Shown here: one piece after another, positions 36,901 to 47,746 of the stretch
How positions within the stretch are numbered: the first letter of the stretch is position 1
How the letters are laid out: the number at the start of each line of letters is the position of its first letter
Source: Gracilinanus agilis
Lineage: Eukaryota
Length of the DNA: 64,000 bases
NCBI RefSeq assembly: GCF_016433145.1
Contig: NC_058131.1
Span: forward strand, 612,630,708 to 612,694,707
Reading direction: 5' to 3'
Notes under the pieces: generated by a model
The model's input: only the letters and a program-made list of their open reading frames with translations
What the model was told of the DNA's origin: nothing
The model's database searches: none
Position numbers and translations under genes: made by a program

Positions 36901-39124
36901 GGTAGAGAGATGCCTGCCAGAAGATTATTTTAATATAATTTAGATGGGAAATGATTGAGACCTACATCAGGGTAGAAGAGAAGCTACCTGTACATGCTCT
37001 GCCCTGAGTGGGTTGTAGGAAGTTAGGTTGTCCTACCAGTCAGAGTTTAGGAAATGCCTCTTGGGCCTTGAGGCATTGATTAGACTTTATTTATGGGCTG
37101 GATATTGTACTGATGGGAAAATGCCCCTTTTTGTGGGACAGTGGTAAAAATGCCTTTAAGCTGCAACTTTTTCCAGTTTCCCTATTAACTTCTGGTTTGC
37201 CTTGAGCATTAAAGGAAACTGTTTTCCTTTTAATTTGGAGTTTGATGGTAAAACAAAAACTCTTCTATATCTTTCTCATTTGGTCCTCAAGACATCCTGA
37301 GGGAGGAACAGTCTAGGTTTTATTATCCCTATTTTATAGACGTGGGAATTGGAACCAAAACAGAAGGGGAGAATATATCCCATGGTAGAATGGAATGAGA
37401 ATTCATTTTTGTCTTTGTAGCCACAGCTCCTAGTTCAGCACTTGGTACAATGAACATTTAGTGAATAATTAATTGACCAGGGAAAAGTAGAGGCAAGAGT
37501 CGAGGTTAGAAGACAGGTCTCTGGTTTTTAAAGCCCTTCTGTCATGGAAAGTGGAGGGTTGGGGATATCTCCGGGATAGGACAGGTTTGAAAGCTGAACT
37601 GAAGGTAGAGTCTTCCTATTCCCCCAGGTACAGGTCCCATTGTTCCCGTAGCACCCGATCCTCTTCTAGGTCCAGCTGTGATTCCTGGGGACACTCTAGA
37701 CGGCGATCCTCCTCGTCGTCTTCCTCCTCCTCCTCTTCCTCTTCCTCTTCTTCTTCATCTTCATCCAGTTCTCGAAGCCGGTCTCGTTCTCCATCCCCCC
37801 GAAGGAGGAGCAATAGGAGAAGGAGGTGAGTGAAAATAGATAGGCTGAAGAGGTAGAGTTATTCTTTGGAGTAGTAGAGCTAGAGTGATGAGATCTTTAG
37901 ACTTGGGATGGAGAGAAAAGAACTTAGGCTGTATGGCTGTCTCTGGCCTACCCTAGCCTGCAATTTCTTTCCTGCTCAGGTACGACTACTATGATTCCCA
38001 GGACCACTACCAAAGGCAGAAAATTCTTCAGAAGGAACGTGCAATAGTAAGTTAAGGGTATTAGAATGGGAAGAAAGATCTATATCTGACTTGTAATTAA
38101 GCATAGTATACTCTCTCCATTTAAGGGTATGGGGGAAACAGAGGTCCTGGCTCATACCTTTGCTTTCCCTTGTGTCCACTTAACCCAAATCCAGGAGGAA
38201 AGGAGGGTGGTCTTCATTGGGAAGATTCCAGGCTGCATGACTCGGTCAGAGTTGAAACACCGGTTCTCAGTCTTTGGGGAGATTGAAGAATGTACCATTC
38301 ACTTTCGCTTTGAGGGGTAAATATTGGTTCTGGAGAGGAGGGTAATGACTCCCCACCCCTATGTCTAGCACCTTTCATGCAAAATAGGAAGCTATTGCAT
38401 TTCTAACATTGTGTCTTTAGGGGTTGTGGCAACATTTGTATAATAATTCTTTCCATTCCCTATTTGAAGAGTTAGCAAGCAGCCCATTTTTGATCCTTGG
38501 AATAATAGATGGAGGTTGGGGAGACACTCCCTTAGGATCTCCTTTACACCTTTTCTTATCCCTCTTCCTCCATCCTAAGTGACAACTATGGCTTTGTTAC
38601 CTACCGATATGCTGAAGAGGCATTTGCAGCCATTGAAAGCGGTCACAAGCTTCGGAGGGCAGGCGAGCAGCCCTTTGACCTTTGCTTTGGGGGCCGAAGG
38701 CAGTTCTGCAAGAGGAACTATGCAGATTTGGGTGAGTGTATTCTAGTGGTCTAGGGACTAAGGACCTAGGGTGGTTGGGGTCAGGACTGGAGGCTTCTGC
38801 CAATTGTAACCCATTTGTCCTTTGAGGGCAACTGGAACCTAAAGAATTGGGGGGCAGACTCTTCTGTCATATCTCCTGACCATGACTTTTACTGCCACCT
38901 TTGGAGGGAGGAAGCTAAAAGTAGGGTGGATTTGGGTGTGTCTGGATCTTTGGATGCTTATGGGGGAGTCAGTCATTTCTGAAACTTGCCCAGGATCAGT
39001 TTTTCCTTCTGCATTTGTAGACTCCAACTGGGAGGAGTTTGACCCTGCCCCTGTGAAGAGCAAATTTGATTCAGTCGACTTTGACACATTACTAAAACAG
39101 GCCCAGAAGAACCTTCGGAGGTAA
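22058..39124 (+). CDS. PPRC1: PPARG-related coactivator 1 (PRC), whole gene, 14 coding exons, about 1555-1569 aa
   Basis: Spliced CDS is 4710 nt using the 37628 acceptor, and all phases are compatible. N-terminal acidic domain, LHKLL, Pro-rich region, DHDY HCF-1 motif, RS domain and RRM ending KQAQKNLRR match human PPRC1. Confidence 0.97.
25938..26126 (+). CDS. PPRC1: PPRC1 exon 2 (VLLEEE...GVGE)
   Basis: cccag|GTT ... GAG|gtgggc; 189 nt. Confidence 0.92.
26523..26712. mobile_element. Old hAT-Charlie/MER5-like MITE
   Basis: Degenerate ends gttctt.../...gttgagaacc; internal ggtcc motifs. Confidence 0.5.
26995..27144 (+). CDS. PPRC1: PPRC1 exon 3 (NSRVTLEDQ...SAS)
   Basis: gcag|AAC ... TCG|gtcagt; LEDQNEVSLLTALTEILDN conserved. 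Confidence 0.92.
27494..27683 (+). mobile_element. SINE1_Mdo-type SINE
   Basis: TSD aagtcaattaacaag; A tail. Confidence 0.92.
27904..28117 (-). mobile_element. SINE1_Mdo-type SINE with T38 tail
   Basis: TSD tgtaactcccttt. Confidence 0.92.
28436..28660 (+). mobile_element. Older SINE1-type SINE
   Basis: Degenerate consensus. Confidence 0.75.
28704..28903. mobile_element. hAT/Charlie-type MITE (same family as 13702)
   Basis: TIRs cagtgaagggcaaac / gtttgcccatcactg; TSD gtctagag/gtttggag (6 of 8 match). Confidence 0.88.
28988..29086 (+). CDS. PPRC1: PPRC1 exon 4 (LHKLL LxxLL motif)
   Basis: tttag|TTG CAC AAA CTG CTG ... AGA|gtgagt; 99 nt. Not in the supplied ORF track. Confidence 0.9.
29474..32024 (+). 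CDS. PPRC1: PPRC1 exon 5 (2551 nt, Pro-rich)
   Basis: tgtag|GTT GAG ATG ... ATT G|gtaagt; corresponds to the 852-aa ORF. Confidence 0.97.
32290..32343 (+). CDS. PPRC1: PPRC1 exon 6 (GIEASDLSSLLEQFEKSE)
   Basis: tgtag|GA ... G|gtgaac; 54 nt. Confidence 0.95.
32605..32775. mobile_element. hAT MITE (third copy, 5' TIR damaged)
   Basis: Same internal sequence and 3' TIR as the 13702 copy; flanked by ctctagac. Confidence 0.8.
32971..33179 (-). mobile_element. SINE1-type SINE
   Basis: Reverse consensus. Confidence 0.85.
33389..33605 (-). mobile_element. SINE1-type SINE
   Basis: Degenerate reverse consensus. Confidence 0.75.
33960..34216. mobile_element. MER63-like hAT element
   Basis: Ends agtgttaaactagagccagctc... 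/ ...gttaaacatttaccagcatactgctg. Confidence 0.55.
34539..34596 (+). CDS. PPRC1: PPRC1 exon 7 (VKKEC...GNSG)
   Basis: tgcag|TT ... GG|gttagt; 58 nt. Confidence 0.9.
35155..35225 (+). CDS. PPRC1: PPRC1 exon 8 (RVDNSQEKRPLDRLQAPELANVA)
   Basis: CAGCAG tandem acceptor; donor G|gtatga. Confidence 0.92.
35356..36091 (+). CDS. PPRC1: PPRC1 exon 9 (LTPPATPP, DHDY at 35559-35570, first RS tract)
   Basis: ggcag|GC ... AG|gtgagc; 736 nt. Confidence 0.95.
36140..36590 (-). mobile_element. L2 remnant
   Basis: L2 3' motifs in reverse. Confidence 0.6.
36592..36783 (+). mobile_element. SINE1-type SINE
   Basis: Consensus with A tail. Confidence 0.85.
37628..37825 (+). CDS. PPRC1: PPRC1 exon 10 (RS domain); acceptor may be 37628, 37634 or 37670
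   Basis: Three in-frame AGs; donor AG|gtgagt. Confidence 0.85.
37980..38046 (+). CDS. PPRC1: PPRC1 exon 11 (YDYYDSQDHYQRQKILQKERAI)
   Basis: ctcag|G ... ATA|gtaagt. Confidence 0.93.
38195..38316 (+). CDS. PPRC1: PPRC1 exon 12 (RRM, first half)
   Basis: tccag|GAG ... GG|gtaaat. Confidence 0.95.
38580..38731 (+). CDS. PPRC1: PPRC1 exon 13 (RRM, second half; DNYGFVTY)
   Basis: ctaag|T ... G|gtgagt (AAG acceptor). Confidence 0.93.
39021..39124 (+). CDS. PPRC1: PPRC1 exon 14, coding part up to TAA
   Basis: tgtag|AC ... DFDTLLKQAQKNLRR*. Confidence 0.95.
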
Positions 39125-39267
39125 CCCTGGGCCTCCAGCCCCTGTCCCTCCAGAGGTCCCTCCCCTTTGGCCCCCCTCCCCCCCTCGGAGCACCCTTTGC
39201 TTCTGGATGAGGAGGGAAGAGCTGCTAGTGAGATGGCTGTTTTATAAAGAAATGGAAAATAAGTGGA

Positions 39268-39273
39268 ATTAAA
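39268..39273 (+). terminator. PPRC1: Candidate PPRC1 poly(A) signal ATTAAA
   Basis: About 145 nt after the stop, followed by T-rich sequence. Confidence 0.55.
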
Positions 39274-40029
39274 AAAAGTAAAATGAGATTTTTCTAAAAA
39301 AAAAAAAAGAAAGTTTTGTTTTTATAAAAAGTATTTAACAGAATTTGCATTCCTTGTGAAGTGGGTGGTGCCTACTGCATGGGCTCCTCATTTGGGGAAA
39401 GTCTAAATCACTATGCGGATCAATAAACAAAAGAAAGGAAAATCTCTATTGTGTTGCTATATATTTTTATCTCCAAAGATCCTGGGTACTTCCTACCTTA
39501 CCAGTGTGCCCATGCTTCTGACTCCTATGACTCTTCTTCCCATTGGGCCCAAGGAATATCCCTGGCATACCTTTGGCCACATGTGTTTTCCTGCTTTGTT
39601 GGGTCCATTGATTGCCCCTGCTGCCTGCCCTTGTGGAAACAGATCACTAGGTATAGCTCTGAGTAACAATTTTTGGTTATTCATAAGCTGCTGAGGGACA
39701 GACTTAGTGAATGAGACCGGGGAGAAGAGATGTTATTCTGGAAACTTTTTTGAATCTTGGGGGAGCTTGAAGATAACTTTACTAGGAAATAAGTCACTAG
39801 TTCTTTCGGAGTAGTTTTATACTTCAAAGAGGAGTGAGGTGGTGTCATTGAGTTTTTCCCCTGAGCTCAATATTCTGTAAAGTCTTGCATTTGGAATAAA
39901 GATCTGAATCCCATTTCAGGCACCATCATAGCAATGTGGTTCTTGGGCAGGGTAAATCACTTAACTTCTTTTGGTCTATTTTCTCATCTGGTAAGTGAGA
40001 ATTATATCTGTTAATATAAGGGTGGTTGG

Positions 40030-40985
40030 ATGGGAAGGGCAGGCAATTACGTGAAAATCAAAACAATGAAAATAATGCTTTTTATAGATCTTAAGTTGTT
40101 GCCATTACTCTTTTTTTGACACTTGAAAGCAATTTTTATCAGTTGTTATCTGACATTTTGTTATCTAGATTCTCTTCCTTCCCTCCTCCCTGGGACATCG
40201 AATAATAGTCTGATATAGGTTATACTAGTGCTTTCATGTAATATATATTTCCACATTCCTCAGGCCATGAGAGAAAACAAATTGCACATCCAAGAATATG
40301 CTCATAAGAGAAATAAAGTAAAAAACAGACATTTTTTGATCTGCATTCAAACTCTATCAGTTTCTTCTAGGGCTGTGGATCGAATTTTTCATCATGAATC
40401 CTTTGGGGTTATCTTGGAACCTTGCAATTGCTGATAATAGTTTAGTCCTTTACAGTTGGTCTTTGTACAGTATTTTTATCACTGTATACATGTTCTCTTG
40501 GTTCTGCTCACTTTGCATCAGTTCATATAAATCTTTCCAGGTTTTTCTGAACTCGTCCTGTTCATCATTTCTTTCTTTTTTTTTTTTTTTAACCCTTAAC
40601 TTCTGTGTATTGGCTCCTTGGTGGAAGAGTGGTAAGGGTAGGCAATGGGGGTCAAGTGACTTGCCCAGGGTCACACAGCTGGGAAGTGTCTTGAGGCCAG
40701 ATTTGAACCTAGGACCTCCCGTCTCTAGGCCTAACTCTCAATCCACTGAGCTACCCAGCTGCCCCCCTGTTCATCATTTCTTATTGCACTATTTCAGCCT
40801 TATATTACAGCTTGTTCAGCCATCCCCCAATTGATGGATATCCCCATAGTTTCCAATTCTTTGTCTCTGAAGAGAGCTGCTATAAATATTTTTATAAAAA
40901 TGAGTTCTTTTCTTTGATCCTTTTTTGTTTCTTATCTTTTTGTTATACAGACCAAATAGTGGTATTGCTGGGTCAAAGGTATGTA
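40030..40985 (-). mobile_element. L1 3' end remnant with a nested SINE1 (40576-40766; TSD ctgttcatcatttctt)
   Basis: Reverse L1 3'UTR motifs; SINE TSD read directly. Confidence 0.75.
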
Positions 40986-41259
40986 TGCCTACTTCACTAC
41001 TAGTAAGACCCAGTGAACTCAAAGGATCTTTTGAAGCAAAAATTAATTAGAAACTAAATACCATAGTTCTAAAGGAAGAATGGGTCAAAAATAAAAAATT
41101 ATAGACACTAATTTCATTAAAGATAAGGACAGCAATGAGACAACATTGTAGGATACAGCTAAAGCAGTACTTGGGGGGGAAATTTATATATCTAAATGTT
41201 ATCATCAGTAAGAAAGAACAGATAAATGAGTTGAACATGCAACTTAAAAAAAAAAGTTA

Positions 41260-41965
41260 TGTGAACTGATCCAACCATTCTGAATGGCAATTTGGAACTA
41301 TGCCCAAAGGGCTTTAATAAAAGACTGTTTACCTTTTGACCCAGTCATACCTCTGCTGAGTTTGTACCCCAAAGAGATAATAGGGAAAAAGATTTGTGTA
41401 AAAAATATTTATAACTACACTCTTTGTGGTGGCAAAAAATTGGAAAATGAGGGGATGCCCTTCAATTGGGGAAAGGCTGAACAAATTGTGGAATACTGTT
41501 GTGCTCAAAGGAATAATGAAATGGAGGAATTCCATGTGAACTGGAATGACCTCCTGGAACAGATGCAGAGTGAAAGGAGCAGAACCAGGAAAACCAGAGG
41601 CCAATACACTGTGGTACAATCCAATGTAAGGGACAATGTATTAGCAGCAATGCAATGATCCAGGACGACTTGGAGGGGCTTATGAGAAAGAATGCTATCC
41701 ACATTCAGAGGAAGAACTCTGGGAATGGAAACAGAAGAAAAACAACTGCTTTATCACATGGGTTGATGGGGAAATGATTGGAGATAATTGTCTCTAAATG
41801 ATCACCCTAGTGCAAATATCAATATTATGGAAATGGATCTTGATCAATATCAAATCTAAAACCCAGTGGAAAGAACATGAATCTTGTAACCATGGAAAAA
41901 TATCCCAAATTTATTAATCAAATAAAATTTTCAAAGATTAAAAACAAAACAAAAAAGCCAAAAAA
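41260..41965 (+). mobile_element. Younger L1 3' end nested in the older L1
   Basis: ORF2 end plus 3'UTR plus A-rich tail. Confidence 0.75.
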
Positions 41966-42564
41966 TTAAATAGAAATCTTTAAAGGAGAGTTGAACAAAA
42001 TTTGAAGTAAGAATCTCAATGAACTAATACAATTATATTAATAAAAATTATTTTAAATAAAAATGCCATTAGTTAATTTGATTTAAAAACTAAAATTATC
42101 AGCTTCAAAAAATGAAATAGAAGGGCAAATTCACAACCAATTAAAAGCAATTATTAGAGGCTATTTTGCCCAACTATATGCCAATAAAATTGGTAATCTA
42201 AATGAAATGGCTAAACATTTGAAAAAAATAAATTGTTTAGATTCATAGAACAGGAAATTAAATATTTAAATAACCTTGTTATAGAAAAAGAAATTGAGCA
42301 AGACCAAAATGAAGTCAAAACGGGGAAAAAAACCCAGGAAGGACCTGATTTAGAAATGAATTCCACCAAATATAATTCCAATACTACAAAAATGGAAAAA
42401 AAAAGGTAAAGTTACCAATTCTGTGGCACAAATATCTTGATATATAATTCAAGAAGAGCTAAAAGAAAACAGACCAATTTCCCTAATGAATGTTGATGGA
42501 AAATTTTAATTAAAATATTAGCAAGGAGGTTAGAGCAATATATCATAAAGATCATACACTATAG

Positions 42565-42771
42565 GGGGCAGCTGGGTAGCTCAGTGTATTGAGAGTCAGG
42601 CCTAGAGACGGGAGGTCCTAGGTTCAAATCTGGCCTCAGACACTTCCTAGCTGTGTGACCCTGGGCAAGTCACTTAACCCCCATTGCCTACCCTTACTAC
42701 TCTTCTGCCTTGGAGTCAATACACAGTATTGACTCCAAGACAGAAGGTAAGGGTTTAAAAAAAAAAAAAAA
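42565..42771 (+). mobile_element. Young SINE1_Mdo
   Basis: Near-consensus; TSD aaagatcatacactatag. Confidence 0.95.
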
Positions 42772-42795
42772 GATCATACACTATAGTCAGGCTGA

Positions 42796-43124
42796 TGTGG
42801 ATTTTTAAATTAATATTCAATATCTCCAAAATATAATATTTATAGAGATTTATTAAAATTTAACTAGAGAGCTAGAGAACACAGAAAATGTTCCCTACTC
42901 CATGTGGAAGAGAGCTAGGGCAACCAAGACCAGTCACCACCCAATTCATGTGGAGAGGGGCGGGGCGTTACCCAAAACTTAAATACAATCTCATAAAAGA
43001 TGCATGTAAATAGAAAGGAAAAGGAATTGTGGGTAATACACATGAAAGGAATCCTGGACAACGCAGTTCCAGGGGTTCAGGATTTTCCAACTATATCCTG
43101 GTTTTCCTAGATGCTAGAAAGACA
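42796..43124 (-). mobile_element. LTR-like element related to the 18204 solo LTR
   Basis: Reverse AATAAA at 42849 and a similar U5 end (...attaatttaaaaatccaca); no TSD found. Confidence 0.55.
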
Positions 43125-43282
43125 GGGTTGGTTCAATATTAGGAAAACTCTAAATATAATTGACCATATTAATAACCAATAAAAATCATCCTGAATCTGG
43201 AAGAGAGGAGGGAAAGAAAATTAATCATGTAAACATGGAAAAATATCCCAAAAATAAAGTCATCCTGAGATACAGAAAAAGC

Positions 43283-43497
43283 TTTTTTATTAAACTCTTA
43301 CCTTCTGTTTTGTATTGCCTTATGTATTGGTTCCAAGACACAACTGTCTGTTGTCTATCACAAAGGATAGACAATGGGATTTAAGTTACTTGGCCAGGAT
43401 CAGATAACTAGGAAGTGTTTGAGGCTAGATTTGAACCCAGGACTTCCCATTTATGGGCCTGGCTCTCAATCCACTGAGCCATCTATAGCTGCCCCCT
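43283..43497 (-). mobile_element. SINE1-type SINE
   Basis: Reverse consensus. Confidence 0.85.
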
Positions 43498-44281
43498 TAG
43501 AAAAAACTTGACAAAATACAACACCTATTACTGTTAAAAAACTAGAAAGTATAGGAATAAAGGGAGCCCTTTTCCATTTTTTTCTTCTATTAACTTTTTT
43601 TCACCAATAGAAACTTGGCAAACTACATTTTCATGTGTATACATGTATTATCATGCAAAACATTTCCATATTGTTCATTTTTGTGAGTAATCTTTTAAAA
43701 CCCAAACTCCAAAACATAAATCCATATAAACAAATGAGAAATCATATTCTTTCATCTACATTTCAATTCCAATAGTTCTCCCTCAGAAGGCAGATAGCAT
43801 TCTTTGTTATGAGTCCCTCAGAATTGTCCTGGATCATTGCATTGCTGAGAGTAGTAGCTAAGTCTTTTACATTTGATCATTCTACAATATTCCTGTTAAC
43901 TGTACAATGTTTTCCTGGTTCTGCTTATTTCACTCTGTATCAGTTCATGAAGGTCTTAAATGGAGCCTTTCTTAAAATGATAAGTATCTAAAACCAAGGG
44001 CCAGTGCTATCTGTAAAGAGGATGAGACAGAAGCCTTTCCAATAAGATCAAAGGCAAAGGAAGGATATCCATTATTACTATTATTCAGTATCGTACCAGA
44101 AATATTAGCTATGGCATTAAGAAAATAATTAAACAGAAGGAATAAGCACAAGCAAAGATGATACAAAACTCACTTTTTCACTTGATTTGATGGGCTATCA
44201 ACTGAAAAATGAATGGAAACATCTTTGGCAAAGAAGCAGGTTATAAAATAAACCTGCACAAATTATCAGTATTCCTGTATA

Positions 44282-44908
44282 CAATTGTCCTCCTTTATCC
44301 TTAGTTTCACCTTCTATGGGGTATCTAGTAGGGGACCAGTACATGGTGTGCCGAGTGTGTACAGACAGAAAACAGATGTGGGGTGGCAAGGTGGGTGGAG
44401 TGGAGCAAAAGTCGCTTTGTTGGTGGTCTACCCCACATGCAGCCTATAAATTCATTCTACTGCTTTGACTTGGGAGGGTTCATTTTTTGTGGGGGTGAGA
44501 GTGGAAGCCAGGGAGCATCAAGTTAGGGGTTAGGATCAGAGAGAGAGAACACAGTACATAAAGTATAGTTACCATAGTTGTTATTCTTTTTTTTTTTTTT
44601 TTTTTTTTTTTAATATTTTTAAACCCTTAACTTCTGTGTATTAGTTCCTTGGTGGAAGAGTGGTAAGGGTAGGCAATGGGGGTCAAGTGACTTGCCCAAG
44701 GTCACACAGCTGGGAAGTGTCTGAGGCCAGATTTGAACCTAGGACCTCCCGTCTCTAGGCCTGGCTCTCAATCCACTGAGCTACCCAGCTGCCCCCACCA
44801 TAGTTGTTAAAAGTTAAAGCAAAAACTGTATGGTTCAGTATTATCCACGATTTCAGTCATCCACAGTAAGTTTTGGAATGTATCCCTGGAAGATACAGGG
44901 ACCTTGCT
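44282..44908. mobile_element. TcMar-Tigger/MER2-like MITE interrupted by a SINE1 (44584-44796; TSD accatagttgtta)
   Basis: Degenerate Tigger-like ends (ta|caattgtcctcctttatcc ... ggaatgtatccctggaagatacaggga). Confidence 0.65.
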
Positions 44909-45229
44909 TTATTATCAATAAGAAGAGAGAGAAATTCCATTTGAAATAACAATAAAATATTTGGGAATCTACTTGCCAAGACACATCATGAACACAATTA
45001 CAAAACACTTCACACAAATAAAGACATTTAAATAATAAGAGAAATATTAATTGCTCATGGTTAAGTTGAGATCCTAAACAACTTAACTCATTCAGTGCCA
45101 AACCAATCAAACTACAAGGCTTACTTTATAGAATGAAAATAAAAACAATTCATAGAGGAATAAAAAATTGAAGATCTGAAGGGAATTAATGAAAAGGGTG
45201 GGGAGGGGAGAAAGGACCATCAGTACCAA

Positions 45230-45490
45230 ATTTCAAAGTGTAATACAAAGCTGTAATTGTCAAAATAATTTGGTGGTGCAATGGATAGAATGCTGGGCCT
45301 AGAGTGAGAAAGACATTTTTCTGAGTTCAAATTTAGCCTTTGCCTCTTAATTGTGAATCTAGGCATGTCATTTAACCCTATTTGTCTCAGTTTCTCATCT
45401 GTCAAATGAGCTGGAAAAGGAAATGGAAAACTACTCCAGCTATCTTTGTCAAGAAGATTCCAAAAGGGGTCACACTAGAGTTGGACATAA
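45230..45490. mobile_element. MAR1-type SINE
   Basis: CORE plus RTE-like tail (gaaatggaaaactactccagc...tggacataattgaaatgactgaa). Confidence 0.7.
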
Positions 45491-45774
45491 TTGAAATGAC
45501 TGAATAAGAAATGAAAAGGTTGATCAATGGAACAGATTAGGTACATAATATATAGAAGAAAATGAGCACAGAAGTATTTGATAAATCCAAAGATCTCAAC
45601 TATTAGGGCAATAACTGACTTTTGGGAAAACTGAAAAATAGTCTGGCAGATACCAGGTATAGACTAATATGTCACACTATTTTCCAAGAAAAGCTCAAAA
45701 TAGGTACATGGTTTAGACATAAATGATGCCATAAGCAAATTAGTAGAGCTTAGAAGTTACCTATCATCTATTAA

Positions 45775-46940
45775 TAAATTTTCTTCCTACCTATCTGCTC
45801 CTTCCCCATCTCCTTTGCTGGATCCTCCAGATCATACCCTCCAAGAGCAGTTGTCTTGCAGGGTCCTGTCCTGGGCCCTTTTCTCCCTTCTTACATCGGA
45901 ACTTGGAGATCTCATCAACTTCCATGGTCTTGATTACCATTCTATGCTAATGATTCTCAAATATACCTATCTGGACCCAAACTTTCTGCTGATCTCTAAT
46001 CTCCTCTCTCCAACTGCCTTTCCAACATCTCAAACTGGATGTCAGTAGATATCTTCAATTCAACATGTCCAAAGCAGAACTCATTATCTCTCCCCTAACC
46101 CTCCCTCCTCAACTTTCCTTTTGGAATAGAGTTCCCACTATTCTCCCAGTCCCTCAAGCTTACAACCTAGGAATCATCCTAGATTTCTCACTATTTCGTA
46201 TCCCTTCATATCCAATCTGTTACCAAGGCCTGTTGATTTCACCTTTGTAATTCCTCCAGAATGTCCCTGTCTCCTCCAACACTGCCACCACCCTGATGTG
46301 AGCCCTCATAACCTCACTTTTGGACTACTGCTTTAGCCTGCTGGTGGATTTACCTGTCTTGAATCTCTCCACATTCATTCTCTATTCAGTCACTAAAGTG
46401 GTTTTCCTAACTCAGGTATGATCATGTTATCTCCTACTCACTACAATTCAGTAGCTACCTATTGCCTCCAGGAACAAATCCAAGAGATCTCTGGCATTCA
46501 GAGCCCTTCATAATTTCGTTCCTGCCTAACTTTCCAGTTTTCTTATACCTTAATCTCTGACACATATTCTTCAGTCCAGTGACATTTCCCTGTTAGTTGT
46601 TCCACAAACAAGTCCCTCCATCACTGCACTCCAAGCATTTTCTCTGGCTATCCTCCATGCCTTGAACACTTTCCTTCTTCTGCTTGGACTACTGGCTTCC
46701 TTTTAATCTTAATGAAAAATCTCACAGGAAGGCTTCCTTAGTTCCACTGCCTTCCCTCTGTTAATTTAAAAAAATTTATCCTGTATATGTTTTTCTTGGT
46801 ATATATTTGTTTGCATGTTGTCTTTCCCATTAGATTGTAAATTCCTTGAGGGCAGGGAATGTATTTTGCCTCAGTAATCTTAGCACTTAAGCATAGTGCA
46901 TGGCACTTTTTAGGTGCTTAATATTGATTGACTGGCTGAT
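45775..46940 (+). mobile_element. About 1.2-kb L2 3' portion inserted within the L1
   Basis: L2 ORF2 end, 3'UTR and tgat/tgac tail; L1-like sequence resumes on both sides. Confidence 0.75.
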
Positions 46941-47059
46941 TGGTTGGAGATTTCATTACCAAATGGGTTAGAGTGGTTGACAGGAGGCAAAATGTGTACT
47001 TTGATTACATTAGAAAGCTTTTTGCAAAAATTAAACTAATGCAGCAAAAAAAAAAAAAG

Positions 47060-47130
47060 GGGGGGGCAGCTAGGTGGCTCAGTGGATTGGGAGATGGAAG
47101 GTAAAGGTTTAAAAAAAATTTTTTTTAAAA
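47060..47130 (+). mobile_element. Internally deleted SINE1 (head fused to tail)
   Basis: ggggcagctaggtggctcagtggattg|ggagatggaaggtaaaggttt(a)n. Confidence 0.7.
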
Positions 47131-47396
47131 GAAGAGAAGCTAGAAGCTGAGAAATTTTTGCAGCATGTTTCTCTGATAAAAGTCTCATTTCTAAAATATA
47201 TAAGGAACTGAGTCAAATTTATAAGAATGATAATCATTCCCCAATTGGTAGTCAACGGATACAAATAGGCAGTTTTCAAGGAATGAAATCACCATTAATA
47301 GTTATGAAAAAAATATTCTAAATCACTAATAATTAAAGAAATGCAAATTAAAAGAACTCTTGGTGTTCCACTTCACACAGATCAGATTGTGTATAC

Positions 47397-47746
47397 CAGT
47401 GATGGTGAACCTTTTCGATACCACATGGGGTGCCCCACCCCCAAAGATGGGTGTTATGCCGTGCCCCTCCCCCAACTAAGTGCTGGGCACATCCTGTCCC
47501 AACCCTTATCTTACCCAGGGGAGGGACCCCACTGGGCTGCTGGGGGATGGGCAGGTGATATGAAAAAATGTCATCAGGCACAGTGGAGGGAGGGAAGGGA
47601 ACAACACCCAAGTTCCTCTGCCTTTCTTTTAATGAACTCTGGGATGGGGCTGGGCAGTGTGGGGTGGGGGTGCCATGGCTGGTGCATGCCCATAGAGTGC
47701 TCTGTGTTCCATCTTTGGCACATGTGCCATGGGTTTGCCATCACTG
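47397..47746. mobile_element. hAT/Charlie-type MITE, 350 bp, second subfamily
   Basis: TIRs cagtgatggtgaacc / ggtttgccatcactg; TSD gtgtatac/gtctagac (6 of 8 match). Confidence 0.85.

Noticed and set aside
39296-39310. A-run after PPRC1 as a retrocopy tail
   Set aside because: The gene has all its introns; this is a genomic A-tract that could only cause oligo-dT mispriming.
41284-41704. 124-aa and neighbouring ORFs
   Set aside because: Degenerate L1 ORF2 end / 3'UTR.
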